Below, one piece after another: positions 1-7,263 of a DNA stretch of 11,551 nucleotides. A program made the position numbers and the translations under genes. Origin of the DNA: Verrucomicrobiales bacterium (GTDB lineage: Bacteria > Verrucomicrobiota > Verrucomicrobiia > Verrucomicrobiales > SLCJ01); NCBI GenBank assembly GCA_046075565.1, contig JBJTQJ010000125.1:1-11551 (forward strand). Reading direction: 5' to 3'. The notes beneath the pieces are model-generated. The model saw only the letters and a program-made list of their open reading frames with translations, was not told the origin of the DNA and searched no databases. The first letter of the stretch is position 1, and each line of letters begins with the position of its first letter.

Positions 1-573
1 GTGGTGGAGCCAGGCACGCAGTTTGAGCCGGGCGTGTTCGATGGATTCGAAGCGGTGACACCAGCACAACTCCTCCTTGAAGGTCCTGATGAAGCGCTCG
101 CAGAGTCCGTTCTGCTGTGGTGTGTAGGGGGTGATGTATTCCTGGGTCAGACCGTAATCGCGGATTACGGCGCGGTATTGGCGGGAGCCGAAGACCAGTC
201 CGTTGTCGTGGCGCAAGAGCATGCCCGCGGGCGCGCCGCGCAGGGTGCCGAAGCGGGCCAGCAGCGCTTCTTCCAATGCCCGTTCGGCCGTCTTGGCCCT
301 TCCGGTCCGCTCCAGGGCATGGCCGAGAACCTGGCGGGTGCAGCAGTCGATGAACGGAACAAAGACACACCAACCATCGCGACCGCAATGGATCAGGGCC
401 AGGTCGGTCGCCCAGCGCTGATCGGGTTGGGCGGTGATGGACTTGGTGATTTTGACACGCGGGTGCTTGCCGGCGCGGCGTTTGGGCAGGGTCCAGCCTT
501 TGAGTTTCATGATGCGGTGGACCTTCTTGCGATTGACCTTGTGGCCATGGCGGTCGGCTCGTTGCTGCTGTTG
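1..573 (-). mobile_element. IS3-family transposase OrfB (rve/DDE integrase core), N-terminally truncated remnant; continues past the left edge of the window
   Basis: Manual translation of the minus strand, open from 573 to 1: RHGHKVNRKKVHRIMKLKGW...QPDQRWATDLALIHCGRDGWCVFVPFIDCCTRQVLGH...LLRHDNGLVFGSRQY...QEYITPYTPQQNGLCERFIRTFKEELCWCHRFESIEHARLKLRAWLHH. It has the IS3 OrfB motifs VNxKxVxRxM, WxTD (D1), HDNG (D2) and PxQNGxxERFxxTxKxE (E). Two in-frame TGA codons (574-579) close the frame upstream. No OrfA or left inverted repeat is visible. Confidence 0.92.
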
Positions 574-590
574 TCATCAAAATTCGAATG

Positions 591-597
591 AAGGAGG
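591..597 (+). promoter_or_regulatory. Shine-Dalgarno sequence of the SET-domain gene
   Basis: AAGGAGG at 591-597, 7 nt before ATG 605. Confidence 0.8.
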
Positions 598-604
598 CAA
601 GGCC

Positions 605-1210
605 ATGCAATCAAAAATCCATATTCGTTCGGGCAACATTGACATCGGGGTCTTCGCCTCGGTTCCCTTACAAGAAGGGGAGGTCATTTTTTTCGTCACG
701 GGCAGACTGCTGACGCCCAAAGAGGTCATGGCCTTGCCCGGGCAAGGGGATGGCACCATCCAGATCGGGCACGACCTTTATGTCGATCCCGGATACCCGG
801 CGGAGTTCATCAACCATTCCTGCGAACCGAACGCGGGCATCAGGGATGATTTGGCGATTATCGCACTCCAACCGATCAACGTGGGCGAGGAGAGCCGTTT
901 CGATTATTCCACCTGCATTCAGGAAGAGGAATTCCGCATGCGCTGCCGTTGCGGCGCTCCCTGTTGTCGTTCGGAGATTGCCGACTTCAGCGAATTGCCG
1001 GATGACATCAAACTGAAATACATCAGCATGAGTGTCGTCCAGCCGTTCATCATGGACGAATATTTCAAGACGCGGCGGCGTTCGGTCATCGCCGAGACTT
1101 TCCGAAAAGAGACCCTGCAGGATGCGACGCCAGCGTGCCAGACAACAGCAGGGGCCTTGCCGGCGCGCCCATCGGTGCTCCAGCCCCTCGCGCCTTTGGG
1201 GGACTTGTGA
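605..1210 (+). CDS. SET-domain protein-lysine methyltransferase with post-SET Zn-binding motif (201 aa)
   Basis: GVFA (motif I region), FINHSCEPN, GEExxFDY and post-SET CRCGAPCC(R). Start moved from 434 to ATG 605 because of the strong SD and because 434-560 is antisense transposase sequence. Confidence 0.9.
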   Translation: MQSKIHIRSGNIDIGVFASVPLQEGEVIFFVTGRLLTPKEVMALPGQGDGTIQIGHDLYVDPGYPAEFINHSCEPNAGIRDDLAIIALQPINVGEESRFDYSTCIQEEEFRMRCRCGAPCCRSEIADFSELPDDIKLKYISMSVVQPFIMDEYFKTRRRSVIAETFRKETLQDATPACQTTAGALPARPSVLQPLAPLGDL

Positions 1211-1233
1211 GGAGAAGCTCACCGTTCCGGCTC

Positions 1234-2082
1234 TCAGGCACTTGCACCGAGAATGGCCTCGGTCATCCTGAGGGCTTGGACATTCGGGGCTGCTTCGTGC
1301 ACGCGCAGTATCCGGGCGCCGCGTTCGCGGGCGAAACTCGTCATGGCCACCGTCGCCCATGAGCGCTCACCAACGGGAGCACCACCGAGGAGCGTTCCGA
1401 GGATCGACTTGCGCGAGATCCCGAGCAAAAGCGGACGCCCCGCGGGCGCGAGCGAATCGAGCGAGCGCAGGAGATCAAGATTGTGTGCTATGGATTTTCC
1501 GAATCCGATACCGGGATCAAATACCATCGCTTCCGGTGCGATGCCGGCAGCCACGAGATCGTCGAATCTTTTCCCGAGGTAGTCCCGCACTTCCGCCACC
1601 ACGTCGTCATAAACGGGTGCCACCTGCATGTCCCGCGGACGTCCTTGCATGTGCATGACCACCACTCCGCAACATGTGCCTGCGGCCAGCGCCGGCATCT
1701 CCGTATCGCCGGTCAGTCCGGTCACGTCATTGATGATACAGGCTCCGGCATCGAGGGCCGCCGCCGCCACTTCCGCCTTCATGGTGTCGATGGAAAGCAG
1801 GACTCCCGGCAGGGTTTCAGCCAAACCGCGGATGACCGGAAGCACGCGGCGCATTTCCTCGGCGATGTCCACGGCTTCGGCTCCGGGGCGGGTGGATTCG
1901 CCGCCGATATCGAGGATGTCAGCACCCTCCTGGTGCAAGCGTATGCCCTGGGCGATGGCGGCGTCGGCGCTCGCGAATTGCCCGGCCTCGCTGAACGAAT
2001 CCGGGGTCGCGTTCACCACACCCATGATCAAGGCGCGGTTCCCGAGATCCAGGGGAGGGCGACGGGGAAGTTTCCAGAGCAT
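1234..2082 (-). CDS. folP: dihydropteroate synthase
   Basis: IMGVVNATPDSFS, GADILDIGGESTRPGA, SIDTMK, IINDVTG, VVMHMQGRP, DPGIGFGK, GISRKS and RVH motifs. ATG 2082 (MLWKLP) is preferred because the 2139 start overlaps the divergent gene. Confidence 0.97.
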   Translation of the reverse strand: MLWKLPRRPPLDLGNRALIMGVVNATPDSFSEAGQFASADAAIAQGIRLHQEGADILDIGGESTRPGAEAVDIAEEMRRVLPVIRGLAETLPGVLLSIDTMKAEVAAAALDAGACIINDVTGLTGDTEMPALAAGTCCGVVVMHMQGRPRDMQVAPVYDDVVAEVRDYLGKRFDDLVAAGIAPEAMVFDPGIGFGKSIAHNLDLLRSLDSLAPAGRPLLLGISRKSILGTLLGGAPVGERSWATVAMTSFARERGARILRVHEAAPNVQALRMTEAILGASA

Positions 2083-2126
2083 GTGGGGTTGCGGCGGGCG
2101 TACAAGAGGGTGTATACTCCCGAAAC

Positions 2127-2636
2127 ATGCGTGCCGCAATTGCCTCTATCCTTTTCGCAGCGTTTCTTCTCGCTCCGGGAACAGCCCCGGCCGTGGATCG
2201 CGCCGACATGATTATCGCGCAAATGCTCGTGGGCAAAGAAGGCGCGCGCACCGATATCATCCGCAATCCCCAGGCCCGCACGCTCGAGGTCCGGACGCTG
2301 GACTTCGAAGGCGTGGTCGTGCGGAAGGACATCTTCCGCACCAATGCCGCCGGCGAGGCGGTCGCTTGCCAGGTCTTTGATCGCAACGGGAATCTGGTTT
2401 ACCGCATCCGCTACGCCTTCGACAAACTCGGACGCAAAACCGAAGAAGGCACCTACAACAAAGCCGGGAAAATGGTTCGTCGGGCCGTCTACGGTTACGA
2501 CGCGAATGGCAAGCAGTTGCCGGCCCGGGTGCAGACTTTTGTGGATCCGGGACGCCAGCCCATCGCGCCGATCGCCCCCCAATTGACTCCTCAGGGCAAA
2601 CTCCGGCAGCCTGATCCGACTTCGGGCCCCCGGTGA
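2127..2636 (+). CDS. putative secreted protein with YD/RHS-like beta-hairpin repeats
   Basis: Sec-type signal peptide (MRAAIASILFAAFLLAPGTAPA), six mostly [FY][DN]xxG-type turns and a Pro-rich C-terminal tail. It fills the gap between folP and the DUF1015 gene without overlap. Confidence 0.78.
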   Translation: MRAAIASILFAAFLLAPGTAPAVDRADMIIAQMLVGKEGARTDIIRNPQARTLEVRTLDFEGVVVRKDIFRTNAAGEAVACQVFDRNGNLVYRIRYAFDKLGRKTEEGTYNKAGKMVRRAVYGYDANGKQLPARVQTFVDPGRQPIAPIAPQLTPQGKLRQPDPTSGPR

Positions 2637-2678
2637 TTTGAGCCCGGAATCCGGAGTTCAGCGCCAGATGTCGCGCTC

Positions 2679-2706
2679 TTGCATGGCGGCTCCGGCTCTC
2701 TATGGT
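2679..2706 (+). promoter_or_regulatory. candidate sigma70 promoter of the DUF1015 gene
   Basis: TTGCAT (2679-2684), 16-nt spacer, TATGGT (2701-2706), 16 nt upstream of ATG 2723. Confidence 0.5.
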
Positions 2707-2722
2707 TCGCGGTTCGAATCCT

Positions 2723-3937
2723 ATGGCCACCCTTTCTCCTTTCGCCGCCCTTCGTCCCGACCCGGTTCTTGCCGCCCGTGTGTGCGAGCTTCCCTACGAT
2801 GTCATGTCCTCCGCCGAAGCCAAAGTCATGGCCGAGGGCAATCCTCTCAGCTTCCTGCGCGTCAGCAAACCGGAAATTGATTTGCCGGAGGGCACCGACC
2901 TCTACTCTGACGCTGTCTATGCAAAAGGACGGGAGAATTTCCAAAAGCTCATTGCCGATGGTGTGCTTCGCCGGGAACGAGCCGAACGATTTTACCTTTA
3001 CCGTCAGATCATGGGGGGCCACACCCAGATCGGTCTCGTCGCTCTCGCCAGTTGCCAGGAATACCTCGATGGCATCGTGAAGAAGCACGAGTTCACCCGT
3101 CCGGACAAGGAAGACGATCGTGTGCGCCACATCGAAACCCTCGATGCCCAGACCGGACCGGTTTTCCTCACCTACCGCGCCGTGCCCGCCATCGACGCGC
3201 TCGTGGAAAAGACCATCGCCACATCTCCGGATGTTGATTTCACTGCTCCCGATGGAGTCCGGCACAGTTCATGGACCATTGCCGGTGCCGATGAGATCCG
3301 TTTCCTCAAATCCGCTTTCGGTTCGTTGGATGCTCTCTACATCGCCGACGGCCACCACCGCAGTGCCGCCGCCGGACGGGTTTTCCAATCACGCGCGGGT
3401 GCCGGAGGAAGCGCCGGGTTCCTCAGTGTGGTCTTTCCCCACAACCAGATGCGCATTCTTCCCTACAACCGCGCCCTCAAGGATCTCAACGGCCACAGCC
3501 CTGAAGCATTGCTCGCGGCCCTCGCGGAAATTTTCGACATTCAATCCGGCGCATCACCCGAGCCGACCCGCAAACATGAGGTCTGTCTCTACCTCGGCGG
3601 GAAGTGGTATGGCCTCCGCTTCAAAGACATGCTCACCTCGAACGGAAGCACGGTCGATCTGTTGGATGTTTCCCTGCTTCAGAATCATGTGCTCGCCCCG
3701 CTTTTCGGAATCGATGATCCCAGGACCAGCCAACGCATTTCCTTTGTTGGTGGAATCCGCGGGACCGGCGAACTGGAGAAACTGGTCAACGGTGGCGACT
3801 ATGCCTGCGCCTTCTCGATGTTCCCGACGGGTATCGAAGACCTCATGGCCATCGCGGATGCTGGCGGTATCATGCCGCCCAAGAGCACCTGGTTCGAGCC
3901 GAAGCTGCGCGACGCCATGTTCACGCACGGTCTGTGA
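2723..3937 (+). CDS. DUF1015 family protein (ParB/sulfiredoxin-like IADGHHR motif)
   Basis: Family-typical segments PFxALRP, LPYDVM, NPLSFLRV, IKKHEFTRPDKEDDR-like (here VKKHEFTRPDKEDDR), LYIADGHHRSAAA, ILPYNR, FVGGIRG, IMPPKSTWFEPKLR. Likely start is ATG 2723 (MATLSPF). Confidence 0.92.
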   Translation: MATLSPFAALRPDPVLAARVCELPYDVMSSAEAKVMAEGNPLSFLRVSKPEIDLPEGTDLYSDAVYAKGRENFQKLIADGVLRRERAERFYLYRQIMGGHTQIGLVALASCQEYLDGIVKKHEFTRPDKEDDRVRHIETLDAQTGPVFLTYRAVPAIDALVEKTIATSPDVDFTAPDGVRHSSWTIAGADEIRFLKSAFGSLDALYIADGHHRSAAAGRVFQSRAGAGGSAGFLSVVFPHNQMRILPYNRALKDLNGHSPEALLAALAEIFDIQSGASPEPTRKHEVCLYLGGKWYGLRFKDMLTSNGSTVDLLDVSLLQNHVLAPLFGIDDPRTSQRISFVGGIRGTGELEKLVNGGDYACAFSMFPTGIEDLMAIADAGGIMPPKSTWFEPKLRDAMFTHGL

Positions 3938-3940
3938 TTG

Positions 3941-3990
3941 GAGGAATCTGGATAACGCCACGCGGCCGTTGCGATGCCGCTGGATTCCTC
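3941..3990. repeat. intergenic inverted repeat / long stem-loop just after the DUF1015 stop
   Basis: GAGGAATC (3941-3948) pairs with GATTCCTC (3983-3990), extended by G-U and G-C pairs, with an inner AACG/CGTT stem. No U-tract follows. Confidence 0.55.
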
Positions 3991-4137
3991 AGTTAGTGGG
4001 CTACGAGGCAAGTGTGCCAATCTGTCGCAGTTCTCTGGGCTTTGGTTAGAGACCACGGTTGATTTTCGGAGACATGATGCCATCTTTTGGAGTCGCCAGT
4101 CCCTCACCGGTTGTCGACCTTCAACCACCAAATCACT

Positions 4138-5793
4138 TTGGGAATTTTCGACAAACTCCGCAAGGACGGCGGCTCGAACGCCTCCATGCTTCCATCCTCT
4201 TGGGCCGTGCATGTGGATCGATTGGACCACAGCCGGGTGCTTCGAATTCTTCTTTTCGCTTTCGCGGGGGTGCTCGTGCTCTCATTCGTGGCGCAACCGC
4301 CCACCTTGGAATCTAGAGGAGACGCCTTTACGGCCACCGGGCTGCGCCCGACCATTTTCGCCCTGTTCTTTCTCGGCACTTCGATATTCCACCTCTACCT
4401 CGGCCACCGGGAGCGCATCTACCAGCGCAACCGGCGCATCTTTGTCGTCTATGGACTCATCCTGTTGCAGCTTCTCCTGGCGAGGTTTGGAAATTGGCTC
4501 TCGGAGGCCAGCCAAATCGGAAGCCCCTTGATGCTTGTGCCGATGGCCCTGGCCCCGGTCGTGCTCTGTGTTCTCCTCGGCCAACGAATGGGTATTTTTG
4601 CGGCTATCCACGGCAGCCTTCTCACTGCCACGGTCGTGAATCCCGAAGAATCCTTCCTTTTCGTAATCATCGGTCTTGGTTGTGGATTGGTCGGCATCGC
4701 CGCCACCCGCAAGGTGCGCAAACGCAGCAGGCTGATCCGCGCCGGGGTATTTGTCGGTATCACCCATCTGGTGCTCTGCTGGGCTTTCGGGGTTTCCATA
4801 CCCGTGCTCGAGGACCCGACCCACGCCGATTGGAAAGCCTTCTTTACCCAAAGCCTCGGCGTGCTCGCCATCGAAATGGGTGCGGTGATTCTCGTGAGCG
4901 GACTGTTGCCGGTCTTCGAGGGAGTGGCGGATATGACCACCGATATCAGTTGGATCGAGATGTCGGATCTAAACCACCCGCTGCTGAAGCGTATGACCAT
5001 CGAGGCCCCGGGCACCTACCATCACAGCCTCGTGGTCGCCACCCTCGGTGAAGCCGCCGCCGAAGCCGTGGGCGCGAATGCCACCATGGTGCGCGTGTGC
5101 AGTTATTTCCACGACATCGGGAAACTGGAGAACCCCGGATTCTTCATCGAGAACCAGGGTGGGGGACCGAACCCGCACGATCAACTCACCCCGTCGATGA
5201 GCGCGCTGAAGATCATCAGTCATGTCAGAGACGGCGTTGCCCTCGGTCGGAAGGAAAAACTCAACCGCCACATCCTCGATGGCATCCGCGAACACCACGG
5301 CGACAGCCTGGTCGCCTATTTCCACCGCAAGGCCATCGACCTGCACACCAAACAACTGGAGGAAGTCGGCAAAGGTCTGCGCAAGGAAGAGGATGTCTGC
5401 CAGATCAACGAGGACGAATTCCGTTATCCCGGTCCGCGTCCATCCAGCCGTGAGTCCGCCATTCTCAGCCTGGCGGATGCCGTCGAGAGCGCTTCCCGCA
5501 CCTTGCGCGAACACACTCCCGAGGCCATCGAATCACTCATCGAACGCATCTTCGATGCCCGGTTGCGCGATGGTCAACTCACCGAGGCCCCGCTCTCCCT
5601 CAAAGAACTAACCCGCGTGCGCCAGAGCTTTGCCTCCACCCTCGGCAGCCTGCTCCACAGTCGCGTGCCTTATCCGACGGAGCGCGAAGACGGAAGTAGC
5701 GGGCCGCGCCCCTTGCCCGGAGGAAAGGTAGAGGCCCCGGTGCCAACCTCCACCGGTTCACCCACGGAATCCAGCCATGCCCTCGGGGCCTGA
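4138..5793 (+). CDS. membrane-bound 7TM-HDIG phosphohydrolase (PgpH-like, probable cyclic-di-AMP phosphodiesterase)
   Basis: About 8 hydrophobic segments, then E-x-SDLNHPLLKRM, EAPGTYHHSLVVA, YFHDIGK, FFIENQ, NPHD, IISHV, EHHG, FRYPGPRP, LADAVESASR, RVPYP. It lies directly upstream of ybeY, as is usual for this family. The start is uncertain: TTG 4138 (MGIFDKLRK) is preferred over TTG 4087. Confidence 0.9.
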   Translation: MGIFDKLRKDGGSNASMLPSSWAVHVDRLDHSRVLRILLFAFAGVLVLSFVAQPPTLESRGDAFTATGLRPTIFALFFLGTSIFHLYLGHRERIYQRNRRIFVVYGLILLQLLLARFGNWLSEASQIGSPLMLVPMALAPVVLCVLLGQRMGIFAAIHGSLLTATVVNPEESFLFVIIGLGCGLVGIAATRKVRKRSRLIRAGVFVGITHLVLCWAFGVSIPVLEDPTHADWKAFFTQSLGVLAIEMGAVILVSGLLPVFEGVADMTTDISWIEMSDLNHPLLKRMTIEAPGTYHHSLVVATLGEAAAEAVGANATMVRVCSYFHDIGKLENPGFFIENQGGGPNPHDQLTPSMSALKIISHVRDGVALGRKEKLNRHILDGIREHHGDSLVAYFHRKAIDLHTKQLEEVGKGLRKEEDVCQINEDEFRYPGPRPSSRESAILSLADAVESASRTLREHTPEAIESLIERIFDARLRDGQLTEAPLSLKELTRVRQSFASTLGSLLHSRVPYPTEREDGSSGPRPLPGGKVEAPVPTSTGSPTESSHALGA

Positions 5794-6211
5794 CTTGCTC
5801 GTCGCCTGCCACCACCCGGCGATTGCCTGGAATGTGGACGACCTAACCGCCCGTTTGTCGGCCGTTTTGCCCGCTTTGCTCGCTCTTCCCGGTAAAGAGG
5901 CGCCGGTTTTGTTAGAAGAATTGGGCGAAGTTGAAATCTCACTCGTGGATGACTCCACCATCGCGCGCGTGCACATGGATTTCATGGGTGTTCCCGGGGC
6001 CACCGATGTGATCACTTTCCAGCACGGGGAAATTGTCATCAGTCTCGATACCGCCGCCCGCGTCGCCGATGAACTCGGTCGCACGATCGCCGAAGAGGTG
6101 TTGCTTTATTGCATCCACGGATTGCTCCACCTGCAAGGATACGACGACACCACGGCCGACGCCCGTGCCGCCATGTCTGCCCGGCAGGAAGAACTCTTGG
6201 CTCTGTTCTAA
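5777..6211 (+). CDS. ybeY: rRNA maturation endoribonuclease YbeY
   Basis: EISLVDD, ATDVITF, GEIVISLDTA, LYCIHGLLHLQGYDD, MxxxQEELL. Overlaps the upstream HD gene by 17 nt. Confidence 0.93.
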   Translation: MPSGPDLLVACHHPAIAWNVDDLTARLSAVLPALLALPGKEAPVLLEELGEVEISLVDDSTIARVHMDFMGVPGATDVITFQHGEIVISLDTAARVADELGRTIAEEVLLYCIHGLLHLQGYDDTTADARAAMSARQEELLALF

Positions 6212-7110
6212 CAGCCGAAGTGGTCCCATCCGCCGCGCAGAACCGGCGAGTTGCCTGCTGCGGGTGGCAGCAGCTGTCCGATGGCCGTCAATGGCACGTC
6301 GGGAAAGGCCTCCTTCCACTCGCGGCGGAGACTTTCCCAACCCCGAGGATGGATGGAGACGAGCAACTCGTAGTCTTCCCCGTCGCCGATGCCCGAGGAC
6401 GCATTGCTGCCCGCGCGTAATGGCAATGCCGAGGCATCCAATTGGAACGAGCATCCCGAAGCCCTCGCCAATCGCGGAAGATCCTTCGCCAAGCCGTCAC
6501 TCAAGTCCATCATGGCATGCACCGCCGGCCGGCGTGCCAGCCACTGACCCTCGGCCAGGCGGGGTTCGAAATCCAGATGATGCCCGCTCGCCAGTGTTCC
6601 GCCGAGAACTCCGGTCACGGCCAAGACATCCCCCGGTTCGCCCGCCGAACGCAGGAGCGCCTGCCCAACCGCCACCCGTCCGGTGGCCGCCACACTGATG
6701 ACCGCCGCCGATTTCCCGGGTAAACGGGTCAATTCCCCGCCCGCGATCCGGCAAAGATGTCGTGCGCACAGTTCCCGCGCGCCATCGTAAAAGGCCTCCA
6801 CCCAGTCCATTTCCGTGCCTACAGGCAAAGCCAAGGTCACCAGCAGATGGGATGGCGTTCCTCCCATTGCAGCGATGTCGGAAAATACCCTCGCAACCGC
6901 CTTGTGACCGAGGCGAGCCGCGTCTTCCCCGGATTCATAGTGAACACCCTCGACGAGGGCATCCGTCTTCAGGAGCACATCATCCCGGTGGCCGGACACC
7001 ACCGCGCAATCATCCCCGGGACCGACACGCAAGGCACCACCGGGTTGAAACCAACGGGAGAACTGGTCGAGAAGCGCGTCTTCCCCGACATCAGATAACA
7101 GTGTTTTCAT
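6208..7110 (-). CDS. thiL: thiamine-monophosphate kinase
   Basis: GEDALL, VGPGDDCAVV, KTDALVEGVHY, GHKAVARVFSDIAAMGG, AGGE, RSAGEPGD, AMMDLSDGLAKDL, GEDYELL, GWDHF. Start ATG 7110 (MKTLLSDVGE). The stop codon overlaps the ybeY stop by 4 nt (convergent). Confidence 0.96.
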   Translation of the reverse strand: MKTLLSDVGEDALLDQFSRWFQPGGALRVGPGDDCAVVSGHRDDVLLKTDALVEGVHYESGEDAARLGHKAVARVFSDIAAMGGTPSHLLVTLALPVGTEMDWVEAFYDGARELCARHLCRIAGGELTRLPGKSAAVISVAATGRVAVGQALLRSAGEPGDVLAVTGVLGGTLASGHHLDFEPRLAEGQWLARRPAVHAMMDLSDGLAKDLPRLARASGCSFQLDASALPLRAGSNASSGIGDGEDYELLVSIHPRGWESLRREWKEAFPDVPLTAIGQLLPPAAGNSPVLRGGWDHFGC

Positions 7111-7184
7111 GGCAAGAGCGGCGATGCGGGTTCCCGACCCCCGGCAAACCAAGGAGGAAGAGCACAGCCACCCACCGCAAAACT

Positions 7185-7213
7185 AGGTTGCACCACATCC
7201 CGCCTCCCGTCAA
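7185..7213 (-). promoter_or_regulatory. candidate promoter of thiL
   Basis: On the minus strand: TTGACG (7213-7208), 17-nt spacer, CAACCT (7190-7185; non-canonical -10). Confidence 0.35.
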
Positions 7214-7263
7214 TGGGGGGATTTCCGGCAATGCCCGGCTCGGTCTGGTGGGCCGCTCGGGGA

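Noticed and set aside
1..591. 196-aa plus-strand ORF in the track
   Set aside because: It is the codon-register antisense shadow of the IS3 transposase on the minus strand and has no motifs of its own.
434..604. N-terminal extension of the SET ORF including a CCCC run
   Set aside because: It lies mostly in antisense transposase DNA, and the strong SD supports ATG 605.
1207..1222. GTGAG/CTCAC hairpin between the convergent SET and folP genes
   Set aside because: Only a 5-bp stem with no U-tract on either strand, too weak to call a terminator.
1234..2082. folP as a mobile sul resistance gene because of the nearby IS
   Set aside because: It lacks the Sul Phe-Gly insertion (DPGIGFGK is the chromosomal type) and sits in a housekeeping context.
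2708..2730. GGTTCGAATCC, resembling a tRNA T-loop or att site
   Set aside because: The flanks (CGC/TAT) do not form the 5-bp T-stem, and there is no D-arm, anticodon arm or acceptor stem. It lies in the DUF1015 5' UTR.
3938..4137. c-di-AMP (ydaO) riboswitch upstream of the PgpH-like gene
   Set aside because: The conserved ydaO elements (GCTGAA, the GGGG..GAA segment, CCGTCAGCTAAC) are not present.
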